Origin: Balanoglossus misakiensis
Lineage: Eukaryota; Animalia; Hemichordata
Length of the DNA: 64,000 nucleotides
Assembly (NCBI GenBank): GCA_040954595.2
Contig: CM082586.2
Location: forward strand, 1,431,124-1,495,123
Direction of reading: 5' to 3'
Shown here: positions 54,764 through 64,000 of the stretch, one piece after another
Position numbering within the stretch: position 1 is the first letter of the stretch
Layout of the letters: each line of letters starts with the position of its first letter
Position numbers and translations under genes: made by a program
Notes under the pieces: model-generated
What the model saw: only the letters and a program-made list of their open reading frames with translations
Database searches by the model: none
What the model was told of the DNA's origin: nothing

Positions 54764-57700
54764 ATGGAGTTGTTTGCGCTGGTGGAGCACATCGTGTTCA
54801 CTGTGATTTTGGCCGGACTTGTGGGAATTTGGCTCAACGACGGTTGGCATGGTATTGCCAGGTCGACGGTAGTGTTCTTGAAAACCGTGCCTGGGGTACA
54901 GCAACTCATCAATGTAGCAGTCAAGCACGAGATCAACAGTTTTGTGAGTCAACTGAGAGAAGATGGCAAGACACCACAGCAGAAGGCAAAGAAGAGCAAA
55001 CCAATGGTGGCGATACCAAAAACAGGTATTTGAGTCATTTTTCACATTTGCTACAGCATAAAGCAGACACCTTACAGAACACAAGACTAGTAACCCTCTC
55101 TGGCCAATCTTGGCACTGCAGTTATCATGCAATTACATTGCTATATTTTGGGGGTTTTTAGGTATTCCTGTGGATGAACTCCGCAAAGAGATGGTGATAG
55201 CCAAGAAGGGGGAGCAGGACTCGCACTCAGGGAAGATATTTGCCATGGTCTACACCTCAGAGGATGAAAACTTTGAGATTCAGGAGGAGTTCTTCGACGC
55301 CTTCTCTGACAAGACGATACTGAACGACGTGGACCACGACTCGCTGCTGGCCGAGTTTAGCCACGCGTTTATGCACGAAAATGCACTGAATCCAATGCTC
55401 TATCCGAGCCTTCGGTGAGTTTATGAGTGCACTCCATAGGGCTCAACGGTCAAGTAGCTACAAGAATGTGTATTGTTTTGCAATGGCCAGATTTTACTAG
55501 CCCCGGGGGCCCCACCATGACCTTATATTCTGGTATTTCTCTAGGTAAAAAACATAGTCTTCCAAAAAGTTTTATTATGTAGAGCTCTGCTCTGCTAAAT
55601 AGACAGTATGTGTAACGGTCCAGCCTGAACTTGGATTCTGTTTCAACAAAAAAGATGTATCGTGCATGGTGTAATGTTGGACAAATAACTATCATAAACT
55701 GTAAACTTTTGCAAAGCTGGCTAATAATGTGCATGTAATGTTATGCTGATCCTCTAACATTGGTATTTTGCAGACGGTTTGAGACCGAGGTTGTGAGTAT
55801 GGGTGCAGCGATGCTCCATGGAGACGAGAACAGTGCCGGAAGCATCACATCCGGCGGCACGGAGAGTATTCTGAATGCCATCAAGACATTCCGGGACAGG
55901 GCTAGAAAACTCCATCCGGGAATAAAAAACCCAGAAATGGTAGGTCATTTTATTTGCTTCATAAAAGTTTGAGTTTACCGTATATGCAAGTTTAGCATCC
56001 ACAAAACTAAATTGTTGGCTGTACTGAAACTGTCTATCAACTACTGAGGTGCGTTTTTACAGGAAACATGATAAAAACCATTTTAAAATCATTTTTCTCC
56101 ACCTACAGGTTGCTCCGATTACAATCCACCCAGCTTTCGAGAAGGCGGCCCATTACTTCAGCGTCACCATGGTACATGTTCCTGTGGGACGTGATTTCAA
56201 GCCAGATATGGTAGAGTATGAAAAAGTAAGCACCACATTGTGAGAGCTGGGTTTTGGCTAGACAAGGAACACTTTGCATAGTTCAGGGGTTCAATTTTCT
56301 CTGTGAAAGGGTGTACTATTAACTACATCCCACATATTTTACTTTTCATTGGTTGTGACAAGACTTTGCTGTTTTTCCTCCTAAGGCCATCACTAGCAAT
56401 ACCATCCTTCTCCTTGGCTCAGCACCGCAATACTGTCACGGGATCGTCGACCCCATCGAGGAGATCGCTGCCATCGGAGTCCGAAAGGGATTGCCTGTAC
56501 ACGTGGATGCGTGCTTTGGTGGTTTCATGTTACCATGGTGAGAGAATCTCCAATATTGACAATAGATTGCTTCAGAATGTTCTTCTGACATGGGTTAAGG
56601 AAAAAGTAGTAAAGTTGCTGATGTAGTCATGTCTCAAATACATCATTATCTCAAAATGATCAAAACATTTATAAATATCTTGTCAACTCACAGGGTGGAA
56701 AAGCTTGGATATCCGGTGCCAAAGTTTGATTTCCGTGTTCTGGGAGTGACGTCCATATCTGCTGATGTTCACAAATATGGATACGGGGCCAAGGTAGGAA
56801 TTTCAAAAGTAATCTTGGACTATTAGGAAAATCGATTTGGTAGTGGATTGCTAAGGTCTTGAACAAATCTTGGTACATTATAGCTAGTTGTCACTCTATT
56901 GTCATAAAAAAAGTTTTGGTTCTATCATCCAACTAAAAGATCTTTCTTTTGTGCAGGGCTCAAGTATTATTGTGTATCGTTCTGCTGAAATTCGCAAATA
57001 TCAAATCTTTGGATATGCAGGGTGGCCCGGAGGTCTGTTTGGATCTCCAGGTTTGGCAGGGACCAGGCCAGGTATGTAGTTTCCAAACCCAGTCTGTGGT
57101 GTTGATCTACTCAAGCAAGACATGATCTGTCAGACATGCATGTGACAGAGTTTGATGTTTGCCAACACTCAGCATCCTCCTGCACTTTCACAGTTTTGCC
57201 TGAGCAGGGCTAATTTGTATTTTTGTGTTCTCTGTCTCAGGTGGTCACATTGCCGCCTCCTGGGCCGCTCTGAGACATCTTGGGGAAGACGGTTACATGA
57301 AGAAAGCCAAGGCCATGATGGAAACAACAGTTAAAATGAAGGATGGGATCAACAAGATAACGGTAAATGTGTTACCTTGGGTTTATAATGGTGATGGTAA
57401 TGATGATTGTGGTGATGGTGGTGGTGGTGGTGCATGGTGGTGGTGGTGATGATGATAATGATTATGATGATGATTGATGATGGTGGTGGTGGTAATTGTG
57501 GTGGTGGTGTTGGTGATGATGATGATGAGGAGGAGGAGGAGGAGGAACACACACACAATGAACGCTCTCAGCATTTAGACTTTCTACGCGATAGATGTCC
57601 AGAAGAGTCAGACAATTAATATCTCGCAGAGTCGCATTTTGAACAACGACATTTTGTATTCAGGGTTTGTGTACCCTTGGGGATCCTCCCATGACATGCT

Positions 57701-58353
57701 TTGCTATTGGAGCGTCGGATCCATCCATTGATATGCTGGCTGTTGCTGATGGCATGGAAGAAAAAGGTGAGAAATCTTGGTGTACAGCTGTTTTTTTATA
57801 GTGACCTTGGCTTTTATGGTCTTTTGGTACAGAATACAATGTAACATTGGAAGCAGTGATTCTGTTGCACATTATAAAAAAACCTGGCTTTGGTAGTTTT
57901 TACATGAATAACTGAATAATGCAATTGTGTACATGGCCTTTGAAGTCTGTAGATAATCCAGTGTATGTATCTGTGTTGGGTTTCTTGTCCACAGGTTGGA
58001 AGATGGAAAGACAACAATACCCATCCAGTCTCCACTGCTCTATACTCCCTCAGCATGTCGGCGTGGAAGACAATTTCCTCGCTGATCTCAAAGAAGCTGC
58101 TGACAGAGTCAAGGTACTTGGACTTGGTTTTTGTCAAAGTGTACTTATACATATGCTAATCTTCAGATTTTTCATAGTCAAAGAATAATGTCTCATTCTG
58201 CATTTTGACTGTTTCTTTTTCATTCCACAGAGTGGTCAACTCAAAAGCAAACCAGGAACATCAGCAATGTACGGAATGTTGGCCAACATTCCGGATAAGG
58301 CACTGGTCAATGATGTTATCGTGGAGTTTTTCAGTGAAATTTACAGAAACTGA
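54764..58353 (+). CDS. SGPL1: Sphingosine-1-phosphate lyase-like PLP-dependent enzyme (11 coding exons)
   Basis: N-terminal TM segment, [84 protein letters not shown] (PLP lysine), [18 protein letters not shown] and AMYG. GT-AG junctions; TGA at 58351-58353. Orthology to vertebrate SGPL1 itself is uncertain (see findings). Confidence 0.85.
57388..57546. repeat. Degenerate GGT/GAT/GAG trinucleotide microsatellite in an intron of the S1P-lyase gene
   Basis: Direct inspection. Confidence 0.92.
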
Positions 58354-61300
58354 AGAAATTCAGCATTTCACATGGAGACTGTTGTGGCAGTTTTTTTGTT
58401 GAAATTGCTGGTGCCAATGATCGAAGATTTGGGGTTGAAGAGGTTTATTGAATACAAGTGTGTATGTATTCAAAGTATATAGACTACTCATGTCTGATCT
58501 AAATTAGTAAATACATGTAGGTAATTTTGGAGATATACAACTGAATTCAGACGTCAAATGACTTCAGGCACCTTTATCTTTGCATATTTTATCAGTACAA
58601 TGATTGAGTAGTTCATTCCAAGCAGCTGTGCAGCTTAGATTTTTTATCAATTTAAATAAAACATACAGACCCACCCAAACTGCAACGGGATTGGCTCGTT
58701 GCAAATACGTATCTTTCAATTCTGTCTGTAGAGGGCGCCGTCTCCTGTGCATACTAATGAGCCATGACTTACAGGTACGTGCATAAAAGTAAAATCACTC
58801 CACAACCAAGAATTCTGTACCAAATATTTTATTGCAACAAAAATACAATCAAACAGATCCTTGTTTAACATTTAACAGTAATAAAGAAAAGAAAAAAATT
58901 CAGCTGACTATACAGACAGTGTACCCAAATAAATAGAAATCAAATTTTGCAAATGACTACCCATACACCACAGCTGGAAATGTCAGCCAACAATAGTGAC
59001 ATATACAAAATCACCTCCTCCCCCAACCCCCCGCTCACATTGAAATTTTGTAAGTAGCATAGAAACAAATTCCTTCATTTACATCTTGGAGGCTGTTCTG
59101 AAGCGCTGGCTACAATGCAATTGAATGATAAACTAGAAGCACCATGAAAGGAAATCCATCAAATTACAATCAGAGATTTCATTGGCCACTGCTACGTGTA
59201 CTTCACAAAGCACCTCCACGACAACCAATCAAAATCCACGAATGTAACCAAACTGCCCCGCCCACTTTATCAGAGCTTTACCATATACGGAAGCAAAATA
59301 TAAATGCCTTATATGGTAATAATTATCATTATACACAAAAAATCGCAAATCAAAGCAAATGTTAACTTATAGTTGATCCCATTTCTGGTGGGACAACCAG
59401 GCTAACATGCCATATATACAAAATACATTTCCATTTAGTGAGTTGAAGGCTCTCAGAGAAATTTCAGTATCTCTGTAATTATATGAAAATCTCTTTCACA
59501 TGTAAAAATACAACTTGCTAGGCAATATAATTTTTTTCAAAGTGTTTGCTTGACTTTCTAACTACTCAGACTCTACTCATATAGCTGGAAGTATTTTCCT
59601 GTTTTTAAACAAAAACAGTTCAACCAAAAATTCCTGTAGTACAAGCGCGCGATATACCCTTTTTATCTTTAAATGAACTCTAAAACACATCTGCAAAAAA
59701 AAATAAGTAACAGAACTGCTCGTGCTATGGAGAAAATGTCAGAATAACTGTTGGTAGAAAAACATAAAAAGTATCAAGTTTTTCCATTAATCCCACTCAT
59801 TATAAGTAAATATGTTTTTGTACAAAGAAAAAAAATGCATTGTTCCTCTGGTAGTTGACAGCTCTTTAAATTACAAAAAAAAGGTGGAATTATATTTCAA
59901 TATAGGCGATTGTTATGAGATTTTTGTTCTCCTGGGAAAGTTTCTTGATAGCTTTTCTATCACAAGATGAATGCTGATACAGAAATTATGGTGAGAGTTA
60001 CCGTGAGATATGTAAATTGAGAACCAATGACCCAGCAGCTGTATATGTCACATGATCAGAAACTGCACTCTCATTGGCTAGGGTCAAGACAGTCAGGTAA
60101 CTCAAGATTTCTGTGAATTCTCTGAAAATGGGGAAAGCCGATAATATTTCTGATGAAATCAGACTTGCGTTAAAGATCGCAAAGTCTTACATAAGGCATG
60201 CAACTGTAAATGTGGACAAAAACATTTCCAAGTTTAACCCTTTCACTGGTTGTTGGTCCCCCATCTAGTACGGTAATAGAGGCAACTTGATTCAAAGGCA
60301 ATTATAATAACATAATCCATAGGATTTTTCATAATTGATATTTGTCAATACCTTTTTTCCAACATGTGTAAATGTATAAATCTGTCAAAGGCGGGAAAGT
60401 ATCCAACCTCATCAAAACACTACTTAGGGTTAGCTTGTTCACCATCCTATCAACAAAAATATCCTTCTGGTTGTATAATTGTCTCATATTGAACAGAATA
60501 TCAAGATTACATATTTCTTTCCCTTTCAAATTTCAATTCTCACTACCTTAAATAGGTTTTCGCTACCTAGGTGAGTGATAAAATCGTGTGTGGTCGACAG
60601 AATTTCAAGATGGCAGATTTCTGCCATGTTTAACAAACTGAAGTTCATAATAGCAAATGACTTAATTTCTTTGGCCACAGTTCGTCCAATGTTCAGCATC
60701 ATCGCGATAACATGATTATTGTGTTAAGTATCAAGAGTATATATTGCAAATATTCAAATAACTCAATGTATATATTTTTTTCCATTAGTTCTTAGTGTTT
60801 ACTACCTGAAAAATATCAAGCATTTGTCAAGGAAATCTTAGTACCAATAATTCATCCATACACATAAACCAGTGTGATTTTTTTTACTGAGGCACGCTGA
60901 TAATTTAGTACATAATTCTACTTGCCATGCTATATCATTACCTGGTGTGGTATAGTGTGTGACGTGATGTAATATAGTGTGATGTTGTATGGTGTAGTGT
61001 AATGACATGCTGTTGTTTGGTTTGATGTAAATCCAAAATACAAATTTTACCAGAAAAAACTGTACAATTGAAATAATAAACCCAATCTTGAAGGAAATTC
61101 TTTTTGTTCTTACGGTCTAAAAAGCTGGGATATACTACAGAACTACATGATATACAAATAACAGTATGCACCATGGAAACTTGTGTATAAAACTGACATA
61201 TTAACGAAACCATGACTAATATTCAAAATAAATATACACATCAGTGAAACAAACACATCTACAAGTAGAACACTAAGCCTATTTGTCACTGAGGCAGTAG

Positions 61301-62639
61301 ATGAGAAAAGATTAAAGGTCCTGTTGCCATGACACGACTGTGAGATTATTGCAAGCTGCATTAGGTCCAAGTTTGCCATAGAGAACATTGGATTTGGACC
61401 AAACCATTGTAGTGAAGGGGTTTAAAACACTGCTCGTTTTGTGTGGCATGGCTGGAAGAAGCAAAAACTCGGAAGATAGGTGAAAACGTACTTTTCTGTT
61501 GGCACAGTGTGTTGATATCAGCGGGATGTCAAAAATTCAGCAAGTACAGCCACAACTGCACCAAAAGCCACGTCTAAATTACAACACGACTTTGCAACAA
61601 AATCAATTCAATTTTTGAGACGAAATCAAATGAACTTTGAGATAAACTCAGATCAATTTACCAAGAACTTACATATAATAGACCTGACGTATTATTACAT
61701 ATGATATATCTAGTTGCAAAAAAAGGTTTTTTAGAAACAAAATGTCACAAACACTTTTGACATTTGTAAGAGTATCAGTACGGGCATATTGGAGGCACCA
61801 CTTTGTTGCAATTTGATTGCTTCTAATTGTAGAAATCTGACAAGAAGGAAACGAATAAGAGATGTCTTGTTAAGAAAAGAAGTTCTGTCTGGAGACAGGG
61901 TAATCGGATAGGCAGAGTTGAGAAAAAAGTAAGCAATTGTGAAGTAGCTAGTAGCATCTGCTAGTGTACAGATGGATCAGCTACATGTACACTACCCACA
62001 AGCAGCTGTGTGTAAGGTTCATTGTATCCATGGCAACCACTGAACTGCATCCATGGTAACCATTCAGTTTGGGCCACGCTGTGGTCATTCATTGACACTG
62101 GCCAAAGTACGGCCGGACGTAGCCCCACATCACAGACACTTCACTGACCGCCACACCACGTCACTGTTACTTCCCCCGTCGCGTCTGCGGTCAAACCATG
62201 CTCACTTCACTGAGTAATGGCCACTTTAAAGCCTGCAAGGATTGAGATACACACGTTCAGCCAATGCAGTCGCAGATGGACATATCATGATTGCATTATT
62301 GGCGTCATTAGGGCATCATAACACAGCTTTTTTCAATTTAATCTTGTCATAATCTCTCGCTGAGTATAAGGATATGAAAACGACAAGTTTTAATATAAAA
62401 TTGAAAACTTCAATGATTGAAAATGTCCAGTTTAGGAAAATAAGTGTACAGAAAAAAGGCATGGTAAGATTGCACATATTTTTTTTGTACTAGAAAATAT
62501 TTCTGAAGTTCAGCCGACATGTAACAACTCAGCATCTGGTGTATGTTCACACAGCTGCTGATAAAGATTAATGTCTGTGGTGACATGTAGCATTTGCATG
62601 GCACAGAAGCCGATGTATGTATACAAACTGTCTATGACC

Positions 62640-63010
62640 AAAGCACTGCAGTTAACCGACTAGATCATTGCATTCAGCAGACCTAGGGAACTGCAGTTGA
62701 CAAAGCATAGTGATGAGCAGAGCACATCACTGCAGATGACAGGTGAACTGCTACAGATAGCAGACTTCACCATTTGACAGGTAACTGCAGATGATAGATG
62801 AAACCTGCCACAGAAAGCACACCAGACCAATGGCATTGCAGACAACTGCAGATGACAGATTGACTGCTACACACAACCCCACCAGAACATTTCATGTAGC
62901 AGACAAATTTAGTAGACAGATGAAACAGCTGCAGACAGCAAGCCAATGATTGCATTTGGCAGAAAACTGCAGATGACATTAAAATCATTGCAGATAGCAG
63001 ATGAGATCAT
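62640..63010. repeat. Decayed ~60-bp minisatellite with CTGCAGATGA core
   Basis: Exact CTGCAGATGA at 62730, 62785, 62846 and 62967, plus degenerate copies. Confidence 0.7.
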
Positions 63011-63171
63011 TGCACTGAGCATCATGACCGAAATATTGTGAGGAGTGGACGACAGCATTGCATCTGAGGGATGTACTGGAACAGATGGCTGAAAAGGACT
63101 CTTCAGCTAGTGGACTAAACCACTTGCTTACTGGAGCCCACAGCATGGTTGCAACAAGGTGAAAGGCATCT

Positions 63172-63623
63172 TTATTTGATTTCAGCTGCACGCTTGAGAG
63201 TTTTGGGTGAAGAGCTGTTACTGCGCTGCCTGGCACTTTGCGGGTGATCGCTTTCTACCTCGGTTAAAGAGTGCACCGTCCCGCCGCTACCAGTACTACT
63301 GCTGCTGTAACTACGGATGGAAGTACTATCAAAACTGCTGCCTCTGGGTCTCATCTCTTCACGAACTGGCTCGCTGATCTTCACCCCGCTTCTTTTTAAG
63401 GAGCTGTTTTTGGACGACCCTTTGGCGAATGAAGACCTCCCGGTTTGGCTCTTCAGTGAGATGCGAGAGACGCTGTCGTCTGTGTCCTCCCCGGCACTTG
63501 GATGAGCGATCATCTCCGCTATGCTGCTGTTTCCGCTGCTGTGGCGAGACTTGCTCTTTCTGTCCAGTACATCAACGTGAACTTCAACAGGAGCTGGTGT
63601 CGAGTTCACCTGAAAGCTAGCAC
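63172..63623 (-). CDS. Terminal coding exon of an unidentified gene extending beyond the window; Ser-rich disordered C-terminus
   Basis: An open frame of about 150 codons, more GC-rich than its flanks, preceded by a polypyrimidine/CAG acceptor at 63624 and ending in TAA at 63172. A long AT-rich putative 3'UTR follows, to an AATAAA at about 58828. Confidence 0.65.
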
Positions 63624-64000
63624 CTGGAAGATAGAATGGGAGAAAAATAGTGTCAATGGCACTGTGGCTCCCACAAGTATAAATTTAACCCTATCATCCC
63701 CACTTTACCCTTTCTCTCCTCTTTTCTAACATTCATTTCTTTCTATAACTCAAAGACATCTGTATGTCACCTACTGGTTCATAGGTATGCAATAATGCAT
63801 TGTCAAAGTTTGCTGTGTACTCACCATTATTTTAGCTAAGCTAGACTTCTGAGACTAAGGCAATATTATCCATGACTCTTTTTCGTGAATGAATCCTGTC
63901 TTCTACATGTTTACAAAAATACCACACATTATATACGGCTAGCTTTTCCTATTCTACTTTTTTATTTCTAATGTCATTTACAGAATTCAATGGTCAAATG

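Overview
Eukaryotic (animal) genomic DNA: AT-rich and gene-dense, with short GT-AG spliceosomal introns. It is most likely an invertebrate bilaterian, possibly a marine deuterostome; this is an inference and the species cannot be fixed from the sequence. Most entries in the ORF track are exon fragments or noise. I assembled by hand nine complete protein genes plus one partial gene: ABHD13 (-), EPHX1 (+), ZNF800-like (+), a fungal-Vac8-like ARM protein (-), a BCLAF1/THRAP3-family RS protein (+), MTMR9 (-), ZC2HC1A (+), an intronless divergent phospholipid scramblase (-), an NRF-6/OACYL acyltransferase (-), a non-canonical sphingosine-1-phosphate lyase (+), and the last exon of an unidentified gene (-). 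Most genes sit in head-to-head or tail-to-tail pairs. Non-coding features include a head-to-tail array of a Helentron-associated (HINE/DINE-like) element with a snap-back junction, TTAA-ended MITE fragments, microsatellites and CTCF-like motifs. I found no rRNA, tRNA, CRISPR array or prokaryote-like system, and I cannot claim a wholly new multi-gene system. The best leads are the animal Vac8 homolog, the invertebrate BCLAF1/THRAP3 gene with a Btz/SELOR-like tail, the microbial-type S1P lyase paralog, and a triplicated splice donor in ABHD13. Family assignments rest on remembered motifs, not on database searches.
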